From Escherichia coli (GTDB lineage: Bacteria > Pseudomonadota > Gammaproteobacteria > Enterobacterales > Enterobacteriaceae): a stretch of 64,000 bases of DNA. The stretch lies in the NCBI RefSeq assembly GCF_003334815.1, contig NZ_QOWO01000006.1; one strand, 5' to 3'. Position numbers and translations under genes: made by a program. The notes beneath the pieces were generated by a model. The model was not told the origin of the DNA. It searched no databases and saw only the letters and a program-made list of their open reading frames with translations. How positions within the stretch are numbered: the stretch's first letter is position 1; each line of letters starts with the position of its first letter. Shown one piece after another: positions 9,780 through 21,381 of the stretch.

Positions 9780-12700
9780 ATGAAAAAGTTACGCGTAGCC
9801 GCCTGCATGCTAATGCTGGCGCTGGCAGGGTGCGACAACAACGATAACGCGCCAACAGCGGTGAAAAAAGATGCGCCTTCTGAAGTTACTAAAGCGGCCT
9901 CTTCAGAAAACGCGAGTTCAGCAAAACTCTCCGTGCCGGAGAGACAAAAACTGGCCCAACAGAGTGCCGGTAAGGTGCTGACATTGCTGGATCTCTCTGA
10001 AGTCCAACTTGATGGTGCAGCCACGCTGGTGCTGACGTTCTCCATCCCTCTCGACCCGGATCAGGATTTCTCACGCGTTATTCATGTCGTCGATAAAAAA
10101 AGCGGCAAAGTGGATGGTGCCTGGGAGCTGTCAGATAATCTTAAAGAGTTACGTTTACGCCACCTCGAACCGAAACGTGATTTGATCGTTACTATTGGCA
10201 AGGAGGTCAAAGCACTCAACAACGCAACCTTCAGTAAAGATTACGAAAAAACTATAACTACCCGCGACATCCAACCCAGCGTCGGTTTTGCCAGCCGTGG
10301 TTCGCTGCTGCCTGGCAAAGTCGTTGAAGGGCTGCCGGTAATGGCGCTCAACGTTAATAATGTCGATGTTAACTTCTTCCGCGTTAAGCCAGAATCTCTG
10401 CCAGCATTCATTAGCCAATGGGAATACCGCAATTCGCTGGCGAACTGGCAGTCAGACAAACTGCTGCAGATGGCGGATCTGGTCTACACCGGACGGTTTG
10501 ATCTCAATCCTGCGCGTAACACCCGTGAAAAATTATTGCTGCCGCTGGGCGATATCAAACCGCTTCAGCAGGCGGGCGTGTATCTGGCTGTGATGAATCA
10601 GGCTGGACGTTACGATTACAGTAATCCCGCGACGCTGTTTACGTTAAGTGATATCGGCGTTTCAGCTCACCGTTATCACAATCGTCTGGATATCTTTACC
10701 CAAAGTCTGGAAAACGGCGCGGCCCAGCAAGGAATTGAAGTCTCTTTATTAAATGAGAAAGGGCAGACTCTGACTCAGGCAACCAGTGACGCTCAGGGGC
10801 ATGTGCAGCTGGAAAATGATAAAAACGCGGCATTACTGTTGGCGCGTAAAGACGGTCAGACAACGCTACTCGATTTAAAACTTCCGGCGCTGGACTTAGC
10901 AGAATTTAACATTGCTGGCGCGCCAGGCTATAGCAAACAGTTTTTCATGTTTGGCCCACGCGATCTTTATCGCCCAGGTGAAACGGTAATCCTCAATGGT
11001 TTGCTGCGTGATGCAGACGGTAAAGCGTTGCCCAATCAACCCATCAAGTTAGACGTGATTAAACCCGATGGGCAGGTACTCAGGAGCGTCGTTAGTCAGC
11101 CGGAGAATGGCCTCTACCACTTTACCTGGCCACTCGATAGCAATGCGGCAACCGGTATGTGGCATATTCGCGCTAACACGGGCGATAATCAGTATCGGAT
11201 GTGGGATTTCCACGTCGAAGATTTTATGCCAGAGCGCATGGCGCTGAATCTGACCGGTGAGAAAACCCCGCTAACGCCGAAAGATGAAGTGAAATTCTCC
11301 GTGGTGGGGTACTACCTGTATGGTGCACCTGCTAATGGTAATACTTTGCAAGGGCAACTTTTCCTGCGCCCACTGCGTGAAGCTGTGTCAGCCTTACCTG
11401 GTTTTGAATTCGGCGATATAGCTGCCGAAAATCTTTCCCGCACGCTGGATGAAGTTCAGTTGACGCTGGATGATAAAGGGCGCGGCGAAGTTTCTACAGA
11501 AAGCCAGTGGAAGGAAACGCATTCCCCATTACAGGTTATTTTCCAGGGTAGTTTGCTGGAATCGGGCGGTCGCCCGGTGACGCGCCGCGCTGAGCAGGCT
11601 ATCTGGCCTGCCGATGCATTGCCGGGGATCCGTCCGCAGTTCGCCTCGAAATCGGTTTACGATTATCGTACTGACAGCACGGTGAAACAGCCCATTGTTG
11701 ATGAAGGCAGTAACGCCGCTTTTGACATCGTTTATAGCGATGCGCAAGGCGTGAAAAAAGCCGTGTCGGGCTTGCAGGTGCGCCTGATTCGCGAACGCCG
11801 CGATTACTACTGGAACTGGTCAGAAGATGAAGGCTGGCAGTCACAGTTTGATCAAAAAGATCTGATCGAAAATGAACAAACTCTGGATCTGAAAGCGGAC
11901 GAAACCGGCAAGGTCAGTTTTCCGGTAGAGTGGGGCGCTTATCGTCTGGAAGTCAAAGCGCCGAATGAAGCGGTCAGTAGTGTTCGTTTCTGGGCTGGCT
12001 ATAGCTGGCAGGACAACAGCGACGGTAGCGGCGCAGTGCGACCCGACCGTGTCACGCTGAAACTGGATAAAGCCAGTTATCGCCCTGGCGACACCATTAA
12101 GTTGCATATCGCCGCGCCAACGGCGGGTAAAGGTTATGCGATGGTCGAGTCCAGTGAAGGGCCGCTGTGGTGGCAAGAGATTGATGTTCGGGCTCAAGGG
12201 CTGGATCTGACGATTCCGGTCGATAAAACCTGGAATCGTCATGATCTGTATTTAAGTACGCTGGTGGTACGTCCTGGCGATAAATCTCGCTCCGCGACGC
12301 CAAAACGCGCGGTTGGTGTGTTGCATCTGCCGCTTGGCGATGAAAACCGTCGCCTCGATCTGGCGCTGGAAACACCAGCAAAAATGCGTCCCAATCAACC
12401 ATTAACCGTGAAAATTAAAGCCAGCACTAAAAATGGCGAGAAGCCTAAACAGGTGAATGTGCTGGTGTCTGCCGTTGATAGTGGTGTGCTGAATATTACT
12501 GACTACGTCACGCCAGATCCGTGGCAGGCGTTCTTTGGTCAGAAACGCTATGGCGCAGACATTTACGATATTTACGGTCAGGTTATTGAAGGTCAGGGGC
12601 GTCTGGCAGCTCTGCGTTTCGGTGGCGATGGTGATGAGCTGAAACGTGGTGGTAAACCGCCGGTCAATCACGTCAATATTGTCGTGCAGCAGGCGCTGCC

Positions 12701-14741
12701 GGTAACGCTCAACGAACAGGGCGAAGGCTCGGTTACACTGCCGATTGGCGATTTTAACGGTGAATTGCGCGTCATGGCGCAAGCCTGGACGGCAGATGAC
12801 TTCGGTAGCAACGAAAGTAAAGTGATAGTTGCCGCACCGGTGATTGCTGAACTGAACATGCCGCGCTTTATGGCGAGTGGCGATACCTCGCGTCTGACGC
12901 TGGATATCACTAATCTTACCGATAAACCGCAAAAACTGAACGTTGCCCTGACCGCCAGTGGTTTGCTTGAACTGGTCAGCGATTCACCCGCAGCCGTTGA
13001 ATTAGCGCCAGGTGTGCGTACTACGCTGTTTATCCCGGTGCGAGCATTGCCGGGTTATGGCGATGGAGAAATTCAGGCCACCATTAGCGGGTTAGCGTTA
13101 CCGGGTGAAACCGTTGCCGATCAGCATAAGCAGTGGAAAATCGGCGTCCGTCCGGCGTTCCCGGCACAAACGGTTAATTACGGTACGGCGTTACAGCCTG
13201 GTGAGACATGGGCGATTCCGGCGGATGGATTGCAAAACTTCTCGCCTGTTACGCTGGAAGGGCAATTGTTGTTGAGCGGCAAACCACCGCTGAACATCGC
13301 ACGTTATATCAAAGAGTTAAAAGCGTATCCGTACGGCTGTCTTGAGCAAACCGCCAGCGGCCTGTTTCCGTCACTTTATACCAACGCAGCCCAACTGCAG
13401 GCGTTGGGCATCAAAGGCGACAGTGATGAGAAACGCCGTGCATCGGTCGATATCGGCATTTCCCGTTTGCTGCAAATGCAACGTGATAACGGCGGCTTTG
13501 CGCTGTGGGATAAAAACGGTGACGAAGAGTACTGGCTGACGGCTTACGTGATGGATTTCCTGGTCCGCGCAGGCGAACAGGGTTACAGCGTGCCGACAGA
13601 CGCCATTAACCGGGGTAATGAGCGTCTGCTGCGCTATTTACAAGATCCGGGCATGATGTCGATCCCGTACGCGGATAATCTCAAAGCCAGTAAATTCGCC
13701 GTACAGTCTTACGCTGCGCTGGTGTTGGCCCGTCAGCAAAAGGCTCCGCTGGGTGCGCTGCGTGAAATCTGGGAGCATCGTGCAGATGCCGCTTCTGGTT
13801 TACCGCTGCTGCAACTTGGCGTTGCGCTGAAAACCATGGGTGATGCGACGCGTGGTGAAGAAGCGATTGCGCTGGCGCTGAAAACGCCGCGTAATAGTGA
13901 TGAGCGGATATGGCTGGGTGATTACGGTAGTTCACTGCGCGACAACGCGTTAATGCTCTCCTTGCTGGAAGAAAATAAACTGCTACCCGATGAGCAGTAC
14001 ACTTTGCTGAACACACTTTCGCAGCAGGCGTTTGGTGAACGCTGGCTATCGACGCAGGAAAGTAACGCGTTGTTCCTGGCTGCCCGTACGATTCAGGATT
14101 TACCCGGTAAATGGCAGGCGCAAACCTCTTTCTCAGCTGAGCAGCTGACAGGCGAGAAAGCGCAAAACAGCAATCTGAATAGCGATCAACTTGTCACCTT
14201 GCAGGTGAGCAACAGTGGCGATCAGCCGTTATGGTTGCGTATGGATGCCAGCGGTTATCCGCAATCCGCACCTTTACCGGCGAACAATGTGCTGCAAATC
14301 GAGCGTCATATTCTTGGTACTGATGGTAAGAGCAAATCGCTGGACTCGTTACGTAGCGGCGATCTGGTGCTGGTGTGGTTGCAGGTAAAAGCCAGTAACA
14401 GCGTGCCGGATGCGTTAGTCGTGGATCTGCTGCCTGCGGGTCTGGAACTGGAAAACCAGAATCTGGCGAACGGTAGCGCCAGCCTGGAGCAAAGTGGTGG
14501 CGAAGTGCAGAACTTACTGAACCAGATGCAGCAGGCGAGCATTAAGCACATTGAGTTCCGTGACGATCGCTTTGTGGCGGCGGTTGCCGTTGATGAATAC
14601 CAACCGGTAACGCTGGTGTATCTGGCGCGGGCGGTGACGCCGGGAACGTATCAGGTACCGCAACCGATGGTGGAATCAATGTATGTTCCCCAATGGCGGG
14701 CGACCGGCGCGGCTGAAGATCTGCTGATTGTCAGACCGTAA
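9780..14741 (+). CDS. yfhM: Alpha-2-macroglobulin-family lipoprotein (bacterial A2M), 1653 aa
   Basis: Track ORF; lipobox LALAGC; thioester motif CLEQ within YPYGCLEQTASG; followed directly by pbpC. Confidence 0.9.
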   Translation: MKKLRVAACMLMLALAGCDNNDNAPTAVKKDAPSEVTKAASSENASSAKLSVPERQKLAQQSAGKVLTLLDLSEVQLDGAATLVLTFSIPLDPDQDFSRVIHVVDKKSGKVDGAWELSDNLKELRLRHLEPKRDLIVTIGKEVKALNNATFSKDYEKTITTRDIQPSVGFASRGSLLPGKVVEGLPVMALNVNNVDVNFFRVKPESLPAFISQWEYRNSLANWQSDKLLQMADLVYTGRFDLNPARNTREKLLLPLGDIKPLQQAGVYLAVMNQAGRYDYSNPATLFTLSDIGVSAHRYHNRLDIFTQSLENGAAQQGIEVSLLNEKGQTLTQATSDAQGHVQLENDKNAALLLARKDGQTTLLDLKLPALDLAEFNIAGAPGYSKQFFMFGPRDLYRPGETVILNGLLRDADGKALPNQPIKLDVIKPDGQVLRSVVSQPENGLYHFTWPLDSNAATGMWHIRANTGDNQYRMWDFHVEDFMPERMALNLTGEKTPLTPKDEVKFSVVGYYLYGAPANGNTLQGQLFLRPLREAVSALPGFEFGDIAAENLSRTLDEVQLTLDDKGRGEVSTESQWKETHSPLQVIFQGSLLESGGRPVTRRAEQAIWPADALPGIRPQFASKSVYDYRTDSTVKQPIVDEGSNAAFDIVYSDAQGVKKAVSGLQVRLIRERRDYYWNWSEDEGWQSQFDQKDLIENEQTLDLKADETGKVSFPVEWGAYRLEVKAPNEAVSSVRFWAGYSWQDNSDGSGAVRPDRVTLKLDKASYRPGDTIKLHIAAPTAGKGYAMVESSEGPLWWQEIDVRAQGLDLTIPVDKTWNRHDLYLSTLVVRPGDKSRSATPKRAVGVLHLPLGDENRRLDLALETPAKMRPNQPLTVKIKASTKNGEKPKQVNVLVSAVDSGVLNITDYVTPDPWQAFFGQKRYGADIYDIYGQVIEGQGRLAALRFGGDGDELKRGGKPPVNHVNIVVQQALPVTLNEQGEGSVTLPIGDFNGELRVMAQAWTADDFGSNESKVIVAAPVIAELNMPRFMASGDTSRLTLDITNLTDKPQKLNVALTASGLLELVSDSPAAVELAPGVRTTLFIPVRALPGYGDGEIQATISGLALPGETVADQHKQWKIGVRPAFPAQTVNYGTALQPGETWAIPADGLQNFSPVTLEGQLLLSGKPPLNIARYIKELKAYPYGCLEQTASGLFPSLYTNAAQLQALGIKGDSDEKRRASVDIGISRLLQMQRDNGGFALWDKNGDEEYWLTAYVMDFLVRAGEQGYSVPTDAINRGNERLLRYLQDPGMMSIPYADNLKASKFAVQSYAALVLARQQKAPLGALREIWEHRADAASGLPLLQLGVALKTMGDATRGEEAIALALKTPRNSDERIWLGDYGSSLRDNALMLSLLEENKLLPDEQYTLLNTLSQQAFGERWLSTQESNALFLAARTIQDLPGKWQAQTSFSAEQLTGEKAQNSNLNSDQLVTLQVSNSGDQPLWLRMDASGYPQSAPLPANNVLQIERHILGTDGKSKSLDSLRSGDLVLVWLQVKASNSVPDALVVDLLPAGLELENQNLANGSASLEQSGGEVQNLLNQMQQASIKHIEFRDDRFVAAVAVDEYQPVTLVYLARAVTPGTYQVPQPMVESMYVPQWRATGAAEDLLIVRP

Positions 14742-17054
14742 ATGCCTCGCTTGTTAACCAAACGCGGCTGCTGGATAACGTTGGCAGCCGCGCCCTTTCT
14801 CCTTTTTCTTGCAGCGTGGGGAGCAGATAAACTCTGGCCTCTACCGCTGCATGAAGTCAATCCCGCACGAGTGGTCGTGGCGCAGGATGGTACGCCGCTC
14901 TGGCGCTTCGCCGATGCTGACGGCATCTGGCGTTATCCGGTAACAATCGAAGATGTTTCTCCACGTTACCTTGAAGCGCTGATCAATTATGAAGATCGCT
15001 GGTTCTGGAAGCATCCGGGGGTGAATCCATTCTCGGTGGCGCGCGCAGCATGGCAAGATCTCACTTCGGGACGGGTTATTTCCGGTGGCAGCACGCTCAC
15101 TATGCAGGTTGCTCGTCTGCTTGATCCTCACCCCAAAACATTTGGCGGCAAAATTCGCCAGCTCTGGCGCGCGTTGCAACTGGAATGGCATCTGTCTAAG
15201 CGTGAAATTCTGACCTTGTATCTTAACCGCGCTCCGTTTGGCGGTACGTTGCAGGGGATCGGTGCGGCAAGTTGGGCTTATCTCGGAAAATCGCCTGCGA
15301 ATTTAAGCTATTCCGAGGCGGCAATGCTGGCGGTTTTGCCGCAAGCGCCCAGCCGTCTTCGCCCGGATCGTTGGCCGGAGCGTGCCGAAGCCGCGCGTAA
15401 TAAAGTGCTCGAACGGATGGCCGTGCAAGGTGTGTGGTCCCGTGAGCAGGTAAAAGAGTCAAGGGAAGAACCCATCTGGCTGGCCCCCCGACAAATGCCG
15501 CAACTGGCACCGCTGTTTTCGCGCATGATGCTCGGTAAAAGCAAAAGCGACAAAATCACTACTACGTTGGATGCCGGTCTTCAACGACGTCTGGAAGAAC
15601 TGGCGCAAAACTGGAAAGGGCGGTTGCCACCGCGCAGCTCACTGGCGATGATCGTGGTTGATCATACCGATATGCGTGTTCGCGGCTGGGTGGGATCGGT
15701 TGATCTCAACGATGATTCACGCTTTGGTCATGTTGATATGGTCAATTCGATCCGATCGCCAGGATCAGTGCTCAAACCGTTTGTTTATGGTCTGGCGCTG
15801 GATGAAGGCTTGATCCACCCGGCATCACTGCTGCAAGACGTCCCCCGGCGCACCGGTGATTATCGACCAGGTAACTTTGATAGCGGTTTTCATGGCCCGA
15901 TCAGCATGAGCGAGGCGCTGGTGCGCTCGCTGAACTTACCTGCTGTGCAGGTGCTGGAAGCCTATGGACCGAAACGGTTTGCGGCAAAGTTACGCAATGT
16001 TGGATTGCCGTTATATTTGCCCAACGGTGCTGCGCCGAATCTTTCACTCATTCTCGGCGGCGCTGGTGCAAAACTGGAAGATATGGCGGCAGCGTATACC
16101 GCGTTTGCTCGCCACGGCAAGGCAGGCAAATTGCGCTTACAGCCTGACGATCCGCTGCTTGAACGGCCTTTAATGTCGTCGGGGGCGGCGTGGATCATTC
16201 GCCGGATTATGGCTGATGAAGCGCAACCCTTGCCGGATAGTGCCTTGCCGCGCGTCGCCCCACTGGCATGGAAAACGGGCACCAGCTATGGCTATCGTGA
16301 CGCCTGGGCGATTGGGGTTAACGCTCGCTATGTCATTGGGATCTGGACTGGCAGACCGGACGGCACGCCCGTTGTTGGTCAGTTTGGCTTTGCCAGTGCC
16401 GTACCATTGTTGAATCAGGTCAATAATATCTTACTGTCGCGCAGTGCGAATCTGCCGGAAGACCCGCGCCCGAACTCAGTCACTCGTGGCGTTATCTGCT
16501 GGCCGGGCGGACAGTCTTTGCCGGAAGGTGACGGTAACTGTCGCCGCCGCCTGGCAACCTGGCTGCTGGACGGGAGTCAGCCGCCAACTCTATTACTGCC
16601 GGAGCAGGAAGGCATTAATGGCATTCGTTTCCCCATCTGGCTGGATGAAAATGGCAAACGTGTTGCCGCTGATTGCCCGCAAGCGCGACAAGAAATGATA
16701 AATGTCTGGCCGCTACCGCTGGAACCCTGGCTGACCGCATCAGAACGTCGCGCTGTGCGCTTACCACCGGCCTCGACAAGTTGCCCGCCATACGGTCACG
16801 ATGCCCAGCTCCCGCTGCAGCTGACAGGCGTTCGCGATGGCGCGATTATTAAACGTTTACCGGGCGCAGCGGAAGCGACTTTGCCGTTGCAATCAAGTGG
16901 AGGGGCAGGTGAACGCTGGTGGTTTCTGAATGGCGAACCGTTAACTGAACGCGGGCGCAACGTGACCCTGCATTTGACGGATAAAGGTGATTATCAATTG
17001 CTGGTGATGGATGACGTGGGGCAAATCGCGACAGTGAAATTTGTCATGCAATAG
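14742..17054 (+). CDS. pbpC: Penicillin-binding protein 1C (bifunctional glycosyltransferase/transpeptidase-like), 770 aa
   Basis: Track ORF; ATG directly abuts yfhM TAA (taaATG); glycosyltransferase motif EDRWFWKHPG; KTG motif AWKTGTSYG. Confidence 0.9.
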   Translation: MPRLLTKRGCWITLAAAPFLLFLAAWGADKLWPLPLHEVNPARVVVAQDGTPLWRFADADGIWRYPVTIEDVSPRYLEALINYEDRWFWKHPGVNPFSVARAAWQDLTSGRVISGGSTLTMQVARLLDPHPKTFGGKIRQLWRALQLEWHLSKREILTLYLNRAPFGGTLQGIGAASWAYLGKSPANLSYSEAAMLAVLPQAPSRLRPDRWPERAEAARNKVLERMAVQGVWSREQVKESREEPIWLAPRQMPQLAPLFSRMMLGKSKSDKITTTLDAGLQRRLEELAQNWKGRLPPRSSLAMIVVDHTDMRVRGWVGSVDLNDDSRFGHVDMVNSIRSPGSVLKPFVYGLALDEGLIHPASLLQDVPRRTGDYRPGNFDSGFHGPISMSEALVRSLNLPAVQVLEAYGPKRFAAKLRNVGLPLYLPNGAAPNLSLILGGAGAKLEDMAAAYTAFARHGKAGKLRLQPDDPLLERPLMSSGAAWIIRRIMADEAQPLPDSALPRVAPLAWKTGTSYGYRDAWAIGVNARYVIGIWTGRPDGTPVVGQFGFASAVPLLNQVNNILLSRSANLPEDPRPNSVTRGVICWPGGQSLPEGDGNCRRRLATWLLDGSQPPTLLLPEQEGINGIRFPIWLDENGKRVAADCPQARQEMINVWPLPLEPWLTASERRAVRLPPASTSCPPYGHDAQLPLQLTGVRDGAIIKRLPGAAEATLPLQSSGGAGERWWFLNGEPLTERGRNVTLHLTDKGDYQLLVMDDVGQIATVKFVMQ

Positions 17055-17202
17055 TCTGTTTTGTCCCTGATTGTTGCTAAAACTCATTTTATTTTAAAAA
17101 AATGTTACCTTCATCAATAGTCAACGGCCCTGTTGCTCATTATAATCCGCGCCATCTCGTACGCTGGTACAGACAACAACAGAACAATTTACAGAGGTAA
17201 AA

Positions 17203-17634
17203 ATGGCTATTGAACGTACTTTTTCCATCATCAAACCGAACGCGGTAGCAAAAAACGTCATTGGTAATATCTTTGCGCGCTTTGAAGCTGCAGGGTTCAA
17301 AATTGTTGGCACCAAAATGCTGCACCTGACCGTTGAACAGGCACGTGGCTTTTATGCTGAACACGATGGAAAACCGTTCTTTGATGGTCTGGTTGAATTC
17401 ATGACCTCTGGCCCGATCGTGGTTTCCGTGCTGGAAGGTGAAAACGCCGTTCAGCGTCACCGCGATCTGCTGGGCGCGACCAATCCGGCAAACGCACTGG
17501 CTGGTACTCTGCGCGCTGATTACGCTGACAGCCTGACCGAAAACGGTACCCACGGTTCTGATTCCGTCGAATCTGCCGCTCGCGAAATCGCTTATTTCTT
17601 TGGCGAAGGCGAAGTGTGCCCGCGCACCCGTTAA
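17203..17634 (+). CDS. ndk: Nucleoside diphosphate kinase, 143 aa
   Basis: Track ORF; active-site NGTHGSDS. Confidence 0.95.
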
Positions 17635-17696
17635 TAATTTCGTAAATGCCGCGTGCAAACGTGGCATCCGTGCGCCAGAATTTGTACAATGCAGCG

Positions 17697-17737
17697 CCCC
17701 CGGACGAGCAGCCGCTCACCGGGGCGTTTCTTTTTTC
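17697..17737 (+). terminator. ndk intrinsic terminator
   Basis: CCCCGG...CCGGGG stem followed by TTTCTTTTTTC, about 60 nt after ndk stop. Confidence 0.75.
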
Positions 17738-17783
17738 AACCCTCCAGGGGCCATAACGTGTAATAACGAGGCCGGAATAGCAT

Positions 17784-18938
17784 ATGTCTGAACAATTAGT
17801 CACACCTGAAAACGTCACCACGAAAGATGGAAAAATCAACCTGCTGGATCTCAACCGTCAGCAGATGCGGGAGTTTTTTAAAGATTTAGGTGAAAAACCC
17901 TTCCGCGCCGATCAGGTGATGAAGTGGATGTATCACTATTGCTGCGACAACTTTGATGAGATGACCGACATCAACAAAGTGTTGCGCGGCAAACTGAAAG
18001 AGGTGGCGGAAATCCGCGCACCGGAAGTGGTTGAAGAACAGCGTTCATCTGACGGCACCATTAAATGGGCGATCGCCGTTGGCGATCAGCGCGTCGAAAC
18101 GGTGTATATCCCGGAAGACGACCGTGCCACGCTCTGCGTCTCTTCGCAGGTGGGGTGTGCGCTGGAGTGTAAATTCTGTTCCACCGCCCAGCAGGGCTTT
18201 AACCGCAACCTGCGGGTGTCGGAAATTATCGGCCAGGTGTGGCGTGCGGCGAAAATCGTCGGCGCAGCAAAAGTCACCGGTCAGCGTCCGATCACTAACG
18301 TAGTGATGATGGGCATGGGCGAGCCGCTGCTCAACCTGAACAACGTCGTTCCGGCGATGGAAATCATGCTTGATGATTTCGGTTTTGGCCTGTCTAAACG
18401 TCGCGTCACGCTTTCCACTTCCGGTGTAGTTCCGGCGCTGGATAAACTGGGCGATATGATCGACGTTGCACTGGCAATTTCCCTGCACGCGCCGAACGAC
18501 GAAATTCGTGACGAAATTGTGCCGATCAACAAAAAGTACAATATCGAAACGTTCCTTGCTGCGGTGCGCCGTTATCTGGAGAAATCCAACGCCAATCAGG
18601 GCCGAGTCACTATTGAATACGTGATGCTTGACCACGTTAACGACGGCACTGAACACGCGCACCAACTGGCGGAACTGCTGAAAGATACGCCGTGTAAGAT
18701 CAACCTGATCCCGTGGAACCCGTTCCCGGGTGCGCCGTATGGACGCAGCTCGAACAGCCGTATCGACCGTTTCTCAAAAGTGCTGATGAGCTACGGTTTC
18801 ACCACTATTGTGCGTAAAACTCGTGGTGATGATATCGATGCTGCCTGTGGTCAGTTGGCGGGCGATGTTATCGACCGTACGAAACGTACCCTGCGTAAAC
18901 GGATGCAGGGTGAAGCCATCGACATTAAAGCGGTCTGA
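17784..18938 (+). CDS. rlmN: RlmN radical-SAM rRNA/tRNA adenine C2 methyltransferase, 384 aa
   Basis: Track ORF; radical SAM CxxxCxxC (CALECKFC). Confidence 0.95.
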
Positions 18939-18942
18939 TAGC

Positions 18943-18985
18943 CATTACGCCACGGTTACTTTATGTACCGTGGCGTAATGTTTTA
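18943..18985 (+). terminator. rlmN terminator-like hairpin
   Basis: Perfect 14-bp inverted repeat CATTACGCCACGGT / ACCGTGGCGTAATG followed by TTTTAT. Confidence 0.65.
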
Positions 18986-19222
18986 TGAATGAAGTATTAA
19001 GTTGCAATTGTCTGGTCAATATTAACGGTGCGTTTTTGCTGACTTTAAGGCAGTATGTAACGATGCAACAGTAAGTTAGCCTTAGTGAATGTGGGCTTTG
19101 TCACGAGCACACAGACGGTCTTATACTGTATGATAACGGTTAACTTAACGGATGTTTCGCGGTGTGGGTGAGCATGATGGTTCACCGGCATCTCAATTCT
19201 CATTTAAACGTACCTGCAGCGA

Positions 19223-20236
19223 ATGAATACTGAAGCCACGCACGACCAAAATGAAGCACTTACTACCGGCGCTCGCCTGCGTAATGCTCGCGAACAACTA
19301 GGACTTAGTCAGCAGGCCGTTGCCGAGCGACTTTGCCTGAAGGTTTCCACGGTACGCGACATTGAAGAAGATAAGGCACCCGCCGATCTTGCTTCAACAT
19401 TCCTGCGCGGATATATCCGCTCTTATGCGCGTCTGGTACATATTCCAGAAGAAGAACTGCTGCCAGGGCTGGAAAAGCAGGCTCCACTTCGGGCTGCAAA
19501 AGTTGCGCCGATGCAGAGTTTTTCCCTCGGTAAACGCCGCAAAAAACGCGACGGCTGGCTGATGACCTTCACTTGGCTGGTGTTGTTTGTGGTTATCGGC
19601 CTGAGCGGTGCCTGGTGGTGGCAAGACCACAAAGCTCAGCAGGAAGAGATCACCACTATGGCCGATCAATCTTCGGCGGAACTGAGCAGTAATAGCGAGC
19701 AGGGGCAGAGTGTTCCATTAAATACGTCGACAACTACAGACCCGGCTACAACGTCCACGCCGCCAGCGTCTGTGGATACTACCGCAACCAACACGCAAAC
19801 ACCTGCCGTAACTGCGCCAGCACCAGCTGTTGATCCGCAACAGAATGCGGTTGTTTCGCCTTCGCAGGCAAATGTTGATACCGCCGCGACCCCGGCACCA
19901 ACGGCAGCAACAACGCCAGATGGTGCTGCGCCGTTGCCAACCGATCAGGCTGGCGTGACCACGCCGGTGGCTGATCCGAATGCGCTGGTGATGAACTTTA
20001 CTGCCGATTGCTGGCTGGAGGTCACTGATGCTACCGGTAAAAAATTGTTTAGCGGTATGCAGCGTAAAGACGGTAATTTGAACTTAACCGGCCAGGCACC
20101 GTACAAACTGAAAATTGGTGCGCCAGCCGCAGTACAGATCCAGTATCAAGGGAAACCTGTCGATCTGAGTCGTTTTATCAGAACTAACCAGGTTGCGCGT
20201 CTGACCCTCAATGCCGAACAATCACCGGCGCAGTAA
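19223..20236 (+). CDS. rodZ: RodZ cytoskeleton-associated cell-shape protein, 337 aa
   Basis: Track ORF; N-terminal HTH ([10 protein letters not shown]), single TM ([16 protein letters not shown]), Pro/Thr/Ala-rich linker. Confidence 0.9.
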   Translation: MNTEATHDQNEALTTGARLRNAREQLGLSQQAVAERLCLKVSTVRDIEEDKAPADLASTFLRGYIRSYARLVHIPEEELLPGLEKQAPLRAAKVAPMQSFSLGKRRKKRDGWLMTFTWLVLFVVIGLSGAWWWQDHKAQQEEITTMADQSSAELSSNSEQGQSVPLNTSTTTDPATTSTPPASVDTTATNTQTPAVTAPAPAVDPQQNAVVSPSQANVDTAATPAPTAATTPDGAAPLPTDQAGVTTPVADPNALVMNFTADCWLEVTDATGKKLFSGMQRKDGNLNLTGQAPYKLKIGAPAAVQIQYQGKPVDLSRFIRTNQVARLTLNAEQSPAQ

Positions 20237-20262
20237 CAGACGGGTAACGCGGGAGATTTTTC

Positions 20263-21381
20263 ATGCATAACCAGGCTCCAATTCAACGTAGAAAATCAAC
20301 ACGTATTTACGTTGGGAATGTGCCGATTGGCGATGGTGCTCCCATCGCCGTACAGTCCATGACCAATACGCGTACGACAGACGTCGAAGCAACGGTCAAT
20401 CAAATCAAGGCGCTGGAACGCGTTGGCGCTGATATCGTCCGTGTATCCGTACCGACGATGGACGCGGCAGAAGCGTTCAAACTCATCAAACAGCAGGTTA
20501 ACGTGCCGCTGGTGGCTGACATCCACTTCGACTATCGCATTGCGCTGAAAGTAGCGGAATACGGCGTCGATTGTCTGCGTATTAACCCTGGCAATATCGG
20601 TAATGAAGAGCGTATTCGCATGGTGGTTGACTGTGCGCGCGATAAAAACATTCCGATCCGTATTGGCGTTAACGCCGGATCGCTGGAAAAAGATCTGCAA
20701 GAAAAGTATGGCGAACCGACGCCGCAGGCGTTGCTGGAATCTGCCATGCGTCATGTTGATCATCTCGATCGCCTGAACTTCGATCAGTTCAAAGTCAGCG
20801 TGAAAGCGTCTGACGTCTTCCTCGCTGTTGAGTCTTATCGTTTGCTGGCAAAACAGATCGATCAGCCGTTGCATCTGGGGATCACCGAAGCCGGTGGTGC
20901 GCGCAGCGGGGCAGTAAAATCCGCCATTGGTTTAGGTCTGCTGCTGTCTGAAGGCATCGGCGACACGCTGCGCGTATCGCTGGCGGCCGATCCGGTCGAA
21001 GAGATCAAAGTCGGTTTCGATATTTTGAAATCGCTGCGTATCCGTTCGCGAGGGATCAACTTCATCGCCTGCCCGACCTGTTCGCGTCAGGAATTTGATG
21101 TTATCGGTACGGTTAACGCGCTGGAGCAACGCCTGGAAGATATCATCACTCCGATGGACGTTTCGATTATCGGCTGCGTGGTGAATGGCCCAGGTGAGGC
21201 GCTGGTTTCTACACTCGGCGTCACCGGCGGCAACAAGAAAAGCGGCCTCTATGAAGATGGCGTGCGCAAAGACCGTCTGGACAACAACGATATGATCGAC
21301 CAGCTGGAAGCACGCATTCGTGCGAAAGCCAGTCAGCTGGACGAAGCGCGTCGAATTGACGTTCAGCAGGTTGAAAAATAA
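20263..21381 (+). CDS. ispG: IspG (GcpE), HMBPP synthase of the MEP pathway, 372 aa
   Basis: Track ORF; cysteine motifs CPTCSRQ and [11 protein letters not shown]. Confidence 0.95.

Noticed and set aside
12402-12932. 176-aa minus-strand ORF (and several smaller ones) inside yfhM
   Set aside because: Shadow ORFs within a long GC-rich coding region; the plus-strand frame carries the A2M domains and thioester motif.
9780-14741. yfhM as a candidate giant toxin or adhesin
   Set aside because: It has a lipoprotein signal and a CLEQ thioester, diagnostic of bacterial alpha-2-macroglobulin, and is paired with pbpC as expected.
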